Shown here in pieces: positions 40,359 through 55,804 of a stretch of DNA of 64,000 nt. Numbering within the stretch: position 1 is the stretch's first letter; the number at the start of each line of letters is the position of its first letter. The notes under the pieces were generated by a model. It saw only the letters and a list, made by a program, of their open reading frames with translations. It searched no databases and was not told the origin of the DNA. The DNA comes from Octopus sinensis (Eukaryota), in assembly GCF_006345805.1 (NCBI RefSeq), contig NC_042997.1:89156001-89220000 (forward strand), read 5' to 3'. The translations under genes and the position numbers were made by a program.

Positions 40359-40968
40359 TAAATAAAATGAGACAACAAAGCCAAAGCTGTGTGGAATTTA
40401 TAGGCCATTTATAAAGAAAGAGGTCGTCTTACAGCTGTTTCTAGAATATTAGTGATATCCCTTCATCAGAGACGAACGATATGAGAGAGTTAACTAGTGG
40501 GAAACAGTAGAGTCCAGTATAAGGAGTTATTTTGGAAAAGGATGGATATAGGAAGTATAAAGGGAAATAAAAGAATAAAAATAGAAGTAAAAATATATGT
40601 AGGATGTTACAGTTGCTGTTCCATTATCCAAGGATAGATTCCAATAGGAGTTCATATTTTGTTATTACAAAATATGAACTCCTATTGGAATTTATCCTTG
40701 GATAATGGAACAGCAACTGTAACATCCTACATATATTTTTACTTCTATTTTTATTCTTTTATTTCCCTTTATACTTCCTATATACATCCTTTTGCAAAAT
40801 AACTCCTTATATTAAACTCTGCTATTTCCTTCTAGTTAACTCTCTAATATCATTTCTGATGAAGGGATATTGTTAACATCTCAGAAACAGCTGTAAGACT
40901 ACCTTTCTCTTTATAAATGTCCTATAAATTCCACACAGCTTTGGCTTTGTTGTCTCATTTTATTTAAT
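40357..40968. repeat. ~305-bp-arm palindrome with 4-nt loop (40663-40666)
   Basis: Inner ~120 bp of the arms are almost perfectly complementary, the middle is diverged and the outer ~45 bp are again perfect. Left flank is (TA)n. Confidence 0.92.
40424..40475 (-). ncRNA. Type I hammerhead-like motif
   Basis: UCGUCU-CUGAUGA-A-GGGAUAU-CACUA-AUAUUCU-A-GAAA-CAGCUG-UA-AGACGA. 6-bp stem I, 7-bp stem II closed by an A.A mismatch, palindromic stem III. Confidence 0.7.
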
Positions 40969-41104
40969 ATATACATACTCACACAAGACCCGTATTAGAC
41001 TCCTCACTCCTATTATCAAACTGAGAGTCTAACTACGGTCCTCCTGTAGCACTTACATAGCCTTACTTGCCATCTTGGGTCTTCTGGATACCAATACCTC
41101 TCAT

Positions 41105-41885
41105 ATATATATATGAGATATGCTGTGCTTGAGAAGACCCAACAAGCCAAGTGAGACCATAGCCCATGGCCTGTGCCAGTGGATGTAACCAGCCCAATTA
41201 TGAATACCTCTCATTCATTGGACAATAAACCTTGCTTGCAAAGGCCTATTGAGGTAAGTGAAATCAAAATCAAAATTGCTGACATGACTGACGACAGTAC
41301 CACTTGATTAGCATTCATGCCAGTGGAACATTAAAAGCACATCCGAATGTGAAGCGTAACCAGCCTACTTATGAGTACCCCTCATTCATTGGGCAATGAA
41401 CTTTGCTTGTGAAGACCTATTGAGGCAAGTGTAAACAAACCAAAATCACTGACATGGCCGATGACAGTAGCGCCTGATTGGCACTCATGCCAGTGGAACA
41501 TTAAAAGAAGCATATCCAGGGCCACGGATTGGCTCCCGTGCTGGTGATACGTGAAAAGCACCATTCGAGCGTGATTATTGCCAGCCTCACCTTACCTCGA
41601 GCATGGGCGTTGCCAGTGCCAACGGACTGGCTTTCATGCAGGTAGCATGTGAAAATACCTTTTGAGCGTGGTCGTTGCCAGAACTGCCTGACTGGCCCTC
41701 ATGCCAGTGGTACATAAAAGCACCCACTACACTCTTGGAGTGGATGGCGTTAGGAAGGGCATCCAGCTGTAGAAACTTTGCCAGATCAGATTGAGCCAGG
41801 TGCAGCCTCTGACTCACCAGTTTTCAGTCAAACCGTCCAACCCATGCCAGCATGGAAAGCAGACGTTAAATGATGATGATGATGA
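41105..41885 (+). mobile_element. SINE family B with (ATG)n tail, representative copy
   Basis: Ends ...GGCGTTAGGAAGGGCATCCAGCTGTAGAAAC...AAGCAGACGTTAAATGATGATG. Related copies at ~24675(-), 27830(+), 33085(+), 37948(-), 51118(-), 55025(-), 55600(-), 56330(+). Confidence 0.75.
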
Positions 41886-42196
41886 GATATAGATATAGAT
41901 ATATATAATTTAATGACAGGATGTGTTAACCTCTGCCAAAATAAATACAGAAGCATACATAACATCCAAATGTACATCTTTTTACCTCTGATAATATTGT
42001 GCTCATGTCACATTAATGTAAATTTAATGTTTATAGAGCATTAATTGAAATGTCTGTAAGTGAAGATGACCAATTTGCTATTAATAATAAACAATTATTA
42101 ACTTCCTGATCTCCATTTTCTTTTAATAATGCTATATATATATCGTTTTCAGAAATATATAAATCCAGAGGAACGGCCTCCTCCATTATAAAATAA

Positions 42197-43500
<1,304 letters not shown>

Positions 43501-44714
43501 AGACATATATGTATATACTTACTTCTTAATTACAATGTGCACTCTTCTATCTCTTCTCTATCTCTCTCCCTCTCTTGTTCTTCATCCTTTCTGGTTTTCT
43601 CTCCCACCCTTCCCTATTCTTCTCCTCTCCTCTTCACCATTCCCTCTCTCTCACTCTTCCTCCTTGACTCTCTTGTCGCTGACACATGACGAAAGGGAAT
43701 CTATCTTTCTGCCCATTTCCTTCCTAAAGACAACACATGCTTATACCTGTCTCCTCTCATAAACTCATCCTCCTAGCATTCAGAATAATTTTTCTATTGG
43801 CTTGGCTTAACAGCCATCACCATTTGTTTTTACTGTCTTGTTCTCATTGTCCTGTTCTTGTTACCACTTTCACTCTCCGCAAAAAATCCCAAATTTTATT
43901 TAATTTGCTTTGCGGGAAGGACTGTTTCAACGAAGTTGCGTATTGTCCTTGCCTTCGTAACGTGGAGAAGATGAAACAGGGACAAGTGATGAAGGAGAAT
44001 ATTCTTTATGTTGCCTGGCTCGTTTCTCTGTTTTTTTTTTTTGTTGTTCGAAAAAAGCTTGTTTTCTATGTTTTCGTTTCTCATTGTGTTCAACCCTTTT
44101 TTGATGTCCTGTACCTATATATACATATATATGTAAGTATGTACATATATGAATGTATATATGCATATATTTATATATTATATATAGTGTGTGGGGGGTG
44201 CGTAGCGTTTAATATGCATATAACAGGCTTTCTTCCCTTCATCTGACATTTTTCAGCTACTGCCAAAGAATTCATTCTGACTTGAAAATATTGATTTTTA
44301 CAACCTTTTTTCATAAAGAATACTTTGTATCTAGATTTCATTTTACTCAATTTTTCTTTCTTAAAAAAAACAATTTTAATAAAATGAAGAGTCATCTCTC
44401 AAAAGAGAGACAACGAACAAGTTTCTAAATGGTCACTAGATCAGCTAGAACTAGTGTGAAATCTCCAAAGTTCCATTCTACTGTCTTGCAACTTGTCTGA
44501 GATGATAGAATACCAACTGAAGGGTGTATAGTTCAAATAATGCCTCTAGTGTTGTAATATGTTCAGGGTGTGGATTTCGAGGGTCATATGGCTGACCGTC
44601 ACCCCACCCATTTCCGCATTTTTTTTTTTTTATATATACAGAAATACTCCTTTCGGCTACGGAGATTCCGAATCTGTAAAAAAAAATTGACAAAAGTCGG
44701 CATTTAAAAATTTC

Positions 44715-45125
44715 GGATCTTTTCGGTTTGACCGGCAGTTTTTTTAAATAATTTCTACGTAACTAAACACTTTTAAACTTCGTATACTAGTAGAATGTGT
44801 TTATAAAACATCATTTTCTCTTGGCTTTCTTGAGAAAATTCTGTAGTTTGTAACATATTTCGTCTTTAATTTCTTGCATTTCGGCAATTTTAACCAATCA
44901 ATGACCGTCTATTGAGGTGAAAGCATTCTTTGCCGTATGAATATGTCCCTCCTTTAAGAAACAGATTGGGTTTATTTACATTTGTGAAGAAAAAAATATA
45001 CCTTTCCCCCCCACCCCTAACCCTAAAACAGATTGAAATGCAATAGATCGATACTAGGATCATAATTATGGGTGACAATTTCATATGACACCGCTAGAAA
45101 ACTGCCGTTCAAACCGAAAAGATCC
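44715..45125. mobile_element. Non-autonomous TIR DNA transposon with 8-bp TSD AAAATTTC
   Basis: Ends GGATCTTTTCGGTTTGACCGGCAGTTT / AAACTGCCGTTCAAACCGAAAAGATCC. AAAATTTC occurs at 44707-44714 and 45126-45133. Confidence 0.85.
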
Positions 45126-45379
45126 AAAATTTCAATTTTCCCCCATCCCACGTCCGCCGTTTGCTTTTTATATTATAGGCTGCATTGCATAATCTATCAT
45201 TCTGTATTTAAGGCTGTCATTTGAAGGAGTTTTGGCTACTGTTTTTACCAAAGTCGATCGGCCACTTAGTTTGGTTTCTCAGTAATAATTGTTCTTGTAG
45301 AATGAAATATTTGGGAATCATCTGAACGGCTAAAAGCGTAAACAATCACAGAAATCAGATACATTTCTCAATTAAGAAA

Positions 45380-45560
45380 TATGAACCAATCAATGATCCT
45401 TATGCAGTCGCTCATATTTCATATGAGGGACCCTTATGCAAACGGTAGCCAAATCGCCTACAAACTACACTGTTTTGAGAGATGACTGTTCATTTGAAAT
45501 CTCCCGTGAATGGTTTTCGATCTTAGTCTTAAACAGCACGTGCTTTTGACTACAACATTC
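45380..45560. promoter_or_regulatory. Possible promoter-like motif cluster
   Basis: CCAAT (45386), ATGCAAAC (45436), ACTACA twice (45464, 45549) and CACGTG (45537) in a repeat-poor, CpG-retaining stretch upstream of HGH1. Short motifs only; weak. Confidence 0.2.
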
Positions 45561-46508
45561 ATTATAAACAATAACACTATCACAATAATAACAAAAAGAA
45601 AAATGTAAAAGAAAAACTTATTAACAAGTGATCGTAATATTGGATTAGTTTCTGTAATAATTCTTACCAGTTCGTTACCGTATCTGTTAATATTATATTT
45701 TGTTGTGTAATACAGTAGAACACATGCCCATGTTTAATTTGAGTTGCCTAAAAATTTAATCCGGCAAACTGAAGTAAGAGCCAACATAGTGTCGTTTTCT
45801 TTCTTTCTTTCTTTTTTTCTGAGTAGTTGTAATTAATTTTAATTTTGCGAAAAATAGTATATTTTTTAAACTTTAAATGTACGACAAATATTTTTTTAGA
45901 TATTCTAAATATTTCTCATTAAGAAAGTTTCGTTTCGCAGATTAAAAGAGTCTACCGCTTTCCATAATACAGTTTGTAAATGAGTTAATATCACGAATTG
46001 GTTATTTTGTTATAATATAACAAGTACTTTAGAGAAAGTAATAGGCATCTATGACAGTTAGATCTGCGGATGAATTTAGGCGCTCATTATTTTCCCCTCA
46101 ACATATAGCAATTTCCTTTTCCATCTAACAAATTTCGCTTTTTACTTTTACTCCTTAACATTAATTTTTGACAGAAGTTGGGACCAGATGTTATTTTATC
46201 GAAGACGATGTTACCGAATGTATGCAGGTTCAGCGATTTAGTGACGAAACCTTTTTTTTTTTTTGCAATTTTTGGAACCAAGTTATTAAAGTTCAACTTT
46301 TTTTTTTAATAAATTCCATTGCATTTTTTAGTTACCTTACCTTTGCTCTTATATCTAGTTGATTTGCTTCTCAGTTTTATGGCTAAGATCAAGGTCTAAT
46401 ATGTAGCTGATTTGCAGATTGTTTAAACCGAGATCAGAACTGATTTAGAAGTAATTCCAGACTGAATCTGAGTTTCAGATCATGCAACCTCTCCCTAAAC
46501 TTTCGGCT

Positions 46509-46588
<80 letters not shown>

Positions 46589-46589
46589 T

Positions 46590-48890
46590 ATTCGCGGCCT
46601 GCGGTCGTATTGGAAGCAAGGCTACCTCCTTAACAACCTTAGGTCGCATCGTTTGGATGTAGTGGTAATTACCGAATCCAGACTGAGTGGGCTGCAGGCT
46701 TTTTCGCCCCTTCTAAACGGCTACGAGAAATACGTTTCTCCCTGTCGACCTTGAGGGGGCGGAGGAGTGGCAGTGCTGGTCAGGAAAAACCAGGATTTAG
46801 AGATTAGAACTGTCTTTATAGATCCGGAAGGCAGGTTGGTCGTTTTGGATGTGACGCACAGCAGTGGTAAAGTGTTCAGGCTGGTTGCTGTCTATGCTCC
46901 CTGCGAAGGAAAAGCTGGGCAGAAAGATTACTTCAAAAGCCTAGAGAATTTTCTTGGCACGCCGAACACGTTAGTATTGCTAGGTGACTTCAACAATAAT
47001 TTGCGATGCACGTGTAGATTATGTCGGCTCGAGAAAGAATAGGAGGGGATTACCTCACCTCAACGATCTGCTAAGTCGTTTCGAGTTGGCAGATCGATTC
47101 AGACTGGACCACCCAGACACTCCAGATCTTATATAGATAGAATCATAACTAGAAGGAAAGATAAGAAAATACTTAGTTGTCCACAACACCATATCGTCAG
47201 CTACAGCGATCACAAATTAGTGACCTGTACGCTTGACATAGATAGCATGTGTAGACGAGGTACCGGTTACTGGAAGCTAAACAATATTATATTGGATTGT
47301 GAAGCCTAGAAGCAGATTAGACAATTAGTAATGTGGGCATTAACCGGATCCATTATCAACAACAAATGGTGGTACGCCCTGAAAAGAGCCATCAAATTTG
47401 AGTCAATTAGGTTTAGCAAAGAATTAGCTAGTGCTAGAAACAAAGTAGAAAAGGAACTAGTTAAGGCAGTAGATGAGGCAATGAGGTCAGGCAGTGCATC
47501 GAAAGTGTTAGCGGCGAGGTTGGCACTCGACCAACACCGCAAAGCTAAACACAAAGGGTGCATTGTCAGGGCTAAGATCCGTGCAATGAGACAGGAAGGA
47601 ATCAACACAGCCGGATGGGCCCGGGTGGTAGAGGGCCAGCATGGCAACAACTCAACTATTTGATCTTTGACGGACCCAAATGGTTGATCAGTAAATGAAC
47701 CCGTGGAGATGTGCAAAGTGTTTCATGATCATTTTGCCCAGCTATTCGGGAGGAGCGGAAGACTGGAGCACGGAGATAAGCTCGCAGACTTCCTAGCCAG
47801 TTCGCCATGTCTATCGAGGCCGGATGCGGAATCTTGTGAGGTGCCGATCACAGCCAAGGAAGTCGGGGATGTGTTGGCAGACTGTGGCGGGGACAAATCA
47901 CTGGGACTCATTGTTTGAGCACCTATTTGCATGCGTGTACACCAACTGGCAGCAGAACGGGAGAATTCTCAAGTCTGTGAGCCAAGGGGTGGTAGCGCTG
48001 TTAAGAAAGGACCCAAACAAGGGGAATTTAATTGATAATTTTCGGCCCATCATTCTGCTTAATGCAGAGTTGAAGATTTTGGCCAAGGTCTTAGCAAAAA
48101 GGTTGGCGTGGGTTGTGGGTGAACTTGTTGGCGAGGCGCAAACTTGCACCGTCCTTGGAAGGACCATCCATGACAATCTCCACTTTCTACGCTATGCCTT
48201 AGAAAGGGTAAATAGGATTCCTGGCAACGGTGGGGCTATGGTCCATTTGGACCAATCAAAAGTGTTTGATAGGGTAGACCATCAGTATCTGGCGGCAGTC
48301 CTCACAGCGGCTGGCTTCGGCTTGACCTTCCACGGATGATTCAACGCTTTATACAGCAACATCGAATCGGTAGTTTGAGTAAACAGTTTCTTTTTGGAGC
48401 TGTTCTGCATTGAACATTCGGTACGTCAAGGGTGCCCTCTCTCCCCGCTTCTCTACGTTTTGGCCCTTGAGCCATTGCTGAGGAAGTTGGAAACTATGAG
48501 GGGCACTCCGCAAGATCTAGGGTGCGGAAAGTCAGCTTCAGCATATGTGAACAACATGACCGTCATCGTATCCCGGGTTGAGCACCTACAGTGGGTAGGT
48601 GAGGCCTTAAGGGATTACAGAGCAGTGGCAGGAACAAAAGTCAACCGGGATAAATCAGTCGGCTTGCAACTCGGCACCTGGAGGGGCAAGTCGATGCCTT
48701 CCGACAGCATCGTAGGACATTGGACGGAAGGGCCAGTGAAAATGCTTGGAATCTGGTTAGGTCCAGATCTCCAGATAGAGAAGAATTGGAGCGAGGTGGT
48801 GAGAAAGGTAGCTCTCTTAACTCAGACCTGGTCTGAGTGGAAGCTGTCCTTGAAATGGAGGGCGGAGGCTGCAGAGGTGTTTATGAATAA
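46590..48890 (+). mobile_element. Tx1/L1-clade LINE ORF2, decayed
   Basis: APE motifs IRGLRS, GGGVAVLVRK, RLVAVYAP, LLGDFN. RT motifs NFRPIILLNAELKILAKVLAKRL, GRTIHDNL, LDQSKVFDRVDH, SVRQGCPLSPLLYVLALEPLL. Preceded by (CT)n. Confidence 0.88.
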
Positions 48891-49369
48891 ATAGATGAGA
48901 AATTGATTTTCGGACCATGGGCAGCTGTGCATACAATAAGTTTGGCAGTATCTGGCAATGAAGGCCTCTCTTAAATCCAGGCATCCACTGTCTGCCACTG
49001 TCTCTCACTCAGTCACTTTCAATCATCAGTTGCATTTGAAGGAAAATAGTGTGGGAAAGTATAAATCCAACATACGACGAAATTGACTAATGACCTGTCA
49101 GTCGGAACGGAACTCAGTCGTCAAAGAAAAAGTGTAATCACAATCTACACCAAAGTAAACCCATGTGAATTATCTGAAACTCCTTTCCTTCCCTATCTGA
49201 AAAATTTCACAAATTTCAATATGTGGTAAGAAGCTTGCTTCCCAATCACACGATTCCAGGTTCAGTCCCAATATGTGACACCTTGGGCAATTGTCTTCTA
49301 CTATGTCCTCAGGCTGACCAAAGCCTTGCGAGTGGATTTGGTAGACGGAAACTGAAAGAAGCCCATCGT

Positions 49370-49412
<43 letters not shown>

Positions 49413-52400
49413 GTGTGTGTTTGTGTTTGTCCTCTCACCATCACTTGACAACTGATGCTGGTGTGTTTATGTCCCCATAACTTAGCGGTTCAGCAAAAGA
49501 GATCAATAGAATAAGTACTAGGCTCCCAAAGAATAAGTCCTGGAGTCAATTTCTTCAACTAAAACCCTTTAAGGTGGTGCTCCAATATGGCCACAGTCAA
49601 ATGACTGAAACAAGTAAAAGAATAAAAGAATAATCCAAATCAAACACATCTGAAACATATTTGTAAAAGATTTCACAAATTTCCTGTGTGGAAAGAAGCT
49701 TGCTTCCCAACCACACGGTTCCAAGTTCAGTTCCACTGCGTAGCACCTTGGGCAAGTTTCTTCTACTATAGCCTTGGGCTGAGCAAAGCCTTGTGAGTGG
49801 ATTTGGTAGGTGGAAACTGAAAGAAACTCATCATATATCTGTGTGTGTGTATGTGTTTGTGTGTGTGTGTGCATGTGAGTATGTGTCTATGTATATATTT
49901 GTGCGTGTGTGTTTGTATTTGTCCCCCACCATCGTTTGACAACAGTTGGTGTGTTTACATCCCCGTAACTTAGTAGTTCAACTAAAGAGACCAATAGAAT
50001 AAGTACTAGGCTTACAAAGAATACGTCCTGAGGTTTATTTCTCTGACTAAAAAAGCCATAAAGGCAGTGCTCCAGCATGGCTACAGTCAGATGACTGAAA
50101 CAAGTAAAAGAATAAAATAATACTTCTGAAAGTTATGAGGAACAAAGTTGAGTGGGAGTGGGTGGGCACTTGTGTAGGTATGGCAGTGGATTTTCAGATT
50201 AACTGTCTCGCATAAATTGGTATTTCTCCATATAGATCAAGATTTTACAATTTTTTTGTTATCATACATTTCAAAACAATAGTGGAGGGAAGCCTTTCTA
50301 AAAAGAAGTTTTAATTCATAATTTTTAAATGTCTTCCCCTATTCCCCACCCCCTTGTACCATCATGACAACCATGTTCTCTTCTAAAAAAATTCCCTCCC
50401 CACTTCAAGTTATAGTTTTTCATATTCTGAAATACATGTATTTCACATTTCTAGAGCAAACAAATTTAAATCAATGTATTTTGACTATTTGGGACAACAA
50501 CCACCCCTAATTCTTTTTCGTTTTGGTTATTTTTCCTCATTTTGTTGCATTTCACATTCAGAAGCATTTAGAATTCACATTTTAAATAAATAAAATCTTA
50601 TTCCTCCCCTTTCATCATAAAATGAGTTTTATTTTTTTCTTTTTGTTTCAGTTTCATTGTTTTTCATTTTCTTTTTTCTTGCATATCTTTGCCATATTGT
50701 AAAAATTTTTTTCTGCACAACATAAAAATTAAATTGAAAGAAAAAAATGTATATATATATATCAACTCTTACCAGATTCATATTGACATAATTCCCATGA
50801 AATTTAATTTTACATATCACTTTTTTTTTTTTTCATCTTCCACAAAAACAATAATAGAAATATATTGTTTTACTTGAGAAAAGATGCTGCAACCACCTGT
50901 CCGATTGATACATTCTTTACTGCTCTGCAATCAGTATGCCATGGCACACTGATGTGCCATGAGACAATGCTAGGTGTGCTGCAGTGTAACCTGAATATAA
51001 TTTTTTCCCCTATACTTTTAGTTATATTTTTAGCTCAGGTGTGCCACCAAATTTGGAAAAAAATATAAATGTACCGCAAGTGAAAAAAGGTTGCAGAACA
51101 CTATTTTAAATGACTGAAATCATCATCATCATCATTTAACGTCCATTTTCCATGCTGGCATGGGTCGGACTGTTTGACAAGAGCTGTCAGGGTTCCATGT
51201 CTGTTTTGGCATGTTTCTATGGTTAGATGCCTTTCCTAATGCCAACCACTGTAGAGTATACTGGGTGTTTTTACACAGTACCAGCATAGACACTTTTATG
51301 TGACACTGGCATAGGTGCTTTTTATGTGACACCAGCACTGACAAGCCTGCAAGATTAGGATTGCTCAGCTGAAAAGGGATGTAGGGGACATGCCTGTATG
51401 CAAAGACAACCATGATTTTACTTAGCTTGCCATGTCTTCTTAAGCACAGTAAACTGCTAAAAATCTCCAGTTCCTTGTCATTCCCTCTGTGAGACCCAAT
51501 GTCTGAAGATCCTTTCTCACCACTTCATCCCACATCTTTCTGGGTCTAACTCTTCCACACATTCTTTCACAATTAGATACTTCTTTCAAATTTCCATTAA
51601 TTGAGAAAGGTAAATGTAGGAAGAAGGGGGTAAGAATTAAAAAAATTCTTATTACATATATTTCAGAATGTATCCTGCCTTGCTTAACACAGTACTGTGT
51701 AAGTTGAGGAATATTTGATTACTATTTCTAGCAGATAAAGCAGCCATACTGAGCTCCTCTCATTGGTTCATATAAACTAGAATTTGATTTTCAGTGATAT
51801 TGTTCCACTTTAACTGGTAAGACAAATCAAAATGAAAACAGAAAATTAATCAAAATAAACTCTACCTTTTGTAGCCATGAGTAAACATTAATACACCAGC
51901 CTATAGTTTTGATGTAGATGTTCTTTAACTCCAGGTGAGCTTTGATCAAAAGTACTTTAACCATCTAGACTTTTTGGATTATCCCATTAGAATTCACATT
52001 ACTCTGTTAAATGTAATGCTTCTTTGTTTTGAATTAATTATGCATTATTTAGTAGTATGGCAGATTTGAAACCAAATTACTGGATAGCTGAGTAGACATC
52101 ACAGCCAAGCCACAGTTATTTCACATGATTGGCCAATTAACCAGCCAGTCAGCATTGAGCCATCATGATTCAACTTTCTAGCACTTTCTCATTGAACTAT
52201 CTCCTATATAAGTGTTTTTTTTACTGTAACTCCAGAATGTTGAGACAACCACTTGACGTCTCCATTCTCATGTCAATTTAGAAGGCACAGGTTTTGTGAA
52301 CATGAATATTACATGATTATTTTCCAGTTGTGATGGGCTAGCCACAGATTGATATATACCAGTTAGAATGTCGTAGATCCCAGTAGTATGTCTGTCCTGG

Positions 52401-53122
52401 TAATTTAATGTCATTGCTATTTTTCATCCAGAGACCAACACAGAAAACACTATGTGCAATAGATAAAACTTCTGTTGTTTGTGACTGTTGGTTATCATTT
52501 TTATATGCAACACTAGAAAGATATTTTTGCTTTCCACCAACATCAAGTTGGTACACAGATGACACCTCATGACAGTATTTTTGAGGTTTCAATGATATGA
52601 TTGTTTATTTTTAGAATGATATTGTAGAATAGTGTGAGAAGTAGGATCTGGTCAGCTTGAACATAAAATAATTAGAATATTTGAGCTAGATATGGGGAGT
52701 TTCAATGCTAAAGGGGTATATAAATATGTGTGTGTGTGCATACACACTTAGTAATGAAGTCAAACCAAATAGCGATATTTCGAAGTTGTTTAATACATAC
52801 ATTTCAGGTTTGTGTAATATATGATAGGAAATGCATTCATTATGTAAACCTTTCTAAGTTAAAGCACTTCAAAATATTTTGAACTGCTTTAACTGAGGAA
52901 GATTTACATAATGGGTGCATTTCCTATTATATATAATACCATTACAAATTCATCAGTCTAGGCTCTACTTATGTGGATACTCTAACAACAATTTAGAGTA
53001 GTTTGTTATATTTGACTCAAGTTGAAAATTTTGGTACCATGCACTGCTTCTTAGTATAACATGAAATATATATATATATATTATATATATATACATATAT
53101 ATTACTAATATATAATTATATT

Positions 53123-54199
53123 AAAGGGTGCGGATAAACCCCACCAACATGCTAGAAATAGACACCAAATGGTTCTAAAACCAACACCTACTCTTTGTTA
53201 CTTGTATGGTTTTATCCTTAATTTTGTATAAATATATATTTTACTCCTGATCAAATTGTATTTGCTGCGATATTATTTTGATTGTAAAAGCATGTGTTTG
53301 AGATGAAAAAATTAAATTTAAATAGTGTACATGTAAATGTATGTATATAATCATGCAGATATATGTTGTTCATATGGGTATGTATAAATATTTGCATTTA
53401 TATACTATGGGTATATTGTACTGATGATTAGGAAAGGTCAATTTGTCCAAAAAGGCAAAAGAAAATCACTACATCAGATATAAAAGGCTCTTAATCAAAC
53501 TGAAAAATCCAGCAGATTTGATTTGGTTTTTCTCAAACGAGAAAAACTTCAACCAAGATCAAAAAGTTAACAAAAAAAATTACAGATGGTTATGTGCACA
53601 CCCTTCTGAAGTTCCAAGTGTTATACATACAAAATTTCCTGCAACTGTCATGGTTTTAGGGGTTGTCAGCAATGAAAGACATGTGACCTCTCCTTACTTC
53701 TTTCCACAAGGCCTTAGAGTTAACTCTGCTGCCTACATTGAGGTCCTGGGAATAATTGTTAACCCCTAGATAGATAGTGTATGCAATGGAAGACCATATG
53801 TGTTTCAGTAAGACTCTGCACTATTACACATGGGAATGAGTGGCTGAAAATTTTCATGATCACGTAACCCCTAACATTTGGACTCCTAATTCCCCAGATC
53901 TCAATCCATTGGACAATTTACATGTGGAGCATTGTTGAGAGATCAATGAACACACCCATAACACCAAAGATTCTATGAAAGCTGCCATAGTAAGAGTAAT
54001 GTCCAAAATGAACCAGGACCACTTGATCCAAGCATATAAATGATTTAGATCTTACAGAGAAGCAGTTGTTGAAGCTGAAGGTAGCTTTATTAAATAACAT
54101 TATAGAAAAGGTGGTTTATTTTTATCCTCATAGCATCTTTTGATAAATAAAGTTATACGTTTTTTTATAAATATAAATCTGTCCTCAAATATCTTACAC

Positions 54200-54208
<9 letters not shown>
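53123..54208 (+). mobile_element. Tc1/mariner transposon relic, maT (DD37D)-like
   Basis: WFFSNEKNFNQDQKVN...KFPATVMVLGVVS...GLRVNSAAYIEVL...GRPYVFQ*DSA...PNSPDLNPLD. Only weak terminal inverted similarity (AGGGTG...CACCCT) next to TA. Confidence 0.8.
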
Positions 54209-54234
<26 letters not shown>

Positions 54235-55759
54235 TGCCAGTGTAAGAACAGTCTGAAAAAAATTCAGGAAGTTACTATAGTTGAGAGACATGGCTTTAAT
54301 GTCTAGCAATGGTTCTTAATCTGGGCAGTAGTGTCCCCTTTCAGGGGTGCATAGGCTATAAGGAGGGGTTCTGGGTATTTAGAGGGGTTGTAATTTTCCT
54401 AAGAAATAAAATATTTAAAACATGTCCAATAGTGTATATAAAGGCTTATAGTCCAAGTAGTGTCCTTAAAAAGCACATCTGCATGTCCACAATAATCAAA
54501 CATTTTATTTTTGAATCTTTGTCTGAAGAATTACAGTATATGTAACCTTCGTAACTCTTATCCTGTATCAAGACACATACGACATGGATACCAAATTTTT
54601 CCATTATTTTGTTTTGATATAAGACATGTACAACATTTATATATTAACACTTTAGCATTCAGGTTACTCCATCAAATGTAATGTTTATTTATTCACATTG
54701 CTTTAAATTAATCATGTATTATCTTGTAGCCTTGAGATTTCTAAATTTCAGGCTTTGTGTCTATAGTAGAAAGGATTATAAATCATTAACTTTCTATAAT
54801 TAAATACAAAATAGTTCACCTTTGACTTTTATATTTTTTCTGTTACTATCATTTTCAATCTTTGAAAATGAATAATCACAAAATAAGTGTTAGCATTATT
54901 TAAATGAGAGAGCATTTGTAAAATAGCATTCAGTAAAAGAGATCACTGAACAACAAAAGATTAAAATCTTCTGATCTTGTGTTCTAGCCATAAACATTCC
55001 ATCTTTTTAGAATCAATATAAATATCATCATCATTGTTTAACATCCGTCTTCCATGCAGGCATGGATTTACTAGTTTGACAGGAGCTGGCCAGGAAGGAG
55101 CATGCAGCAGACTTGTGTGTGTTTTAGCAGGGTTTTTACAGCTGGGTGCCCTTCCTAACACCAACAATTCCGATCTTTCAATTTTTAAAGATTTTTAGGG
55201 CTAGCAGGTAGAGTTTTAGCTATTTCAGGGAGTAACAACCCTACCTATCATGAGTTCTGGGTTCAGCTGACAGCTTTGTACAGGCCTCAAAACTAGGTTT
55301 AAAGATCAAACTTTTAGTAGTAGAAAGGTGAGTGAGGCAACAATGATTAATGATAGACTGTTAATTTGATGGTGCCATCATATATTACTGCAAACTTATG
55401 AACCAAAATAATGGTATCTACAGCTGCAGAAGTGGGTACCAGGGAACCATACAACTTTAAATAATATGGACATGAATTGGGACACAAGATGCCATGTAGA
55501 AGCTTCCTCATTGGTTCAAGGCTTTCGTGTTACCATGTCTGGTTAAAGAAATGTTTTACATGATTACAATTATGGCTGTTTAGTTAGTCATATCATCATC
55601 ATCATCATTTAATGTCCGCTTTCCATGCTAGCATGGGTTGGATGATTTAACTGAGCACTGGCGAACCAGATGGCTGCGCCAGGCTCCAATCTGATCTAGC
55701 AGAGTTTCTGCAGCTGGATGCCCTTCCTAATGCCAACCACTCCGAGAATGTAGTGGGTG

Positions 55760-55804
<45 letters not shown>

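Noticed and set aside
52338-52592. 84-aa minus-strand ORF with coding-like composition
   Set aside because: It lies inside an insertion interrupting a MITE, has no good acceptor and no recognised homology; probably a decayed element.
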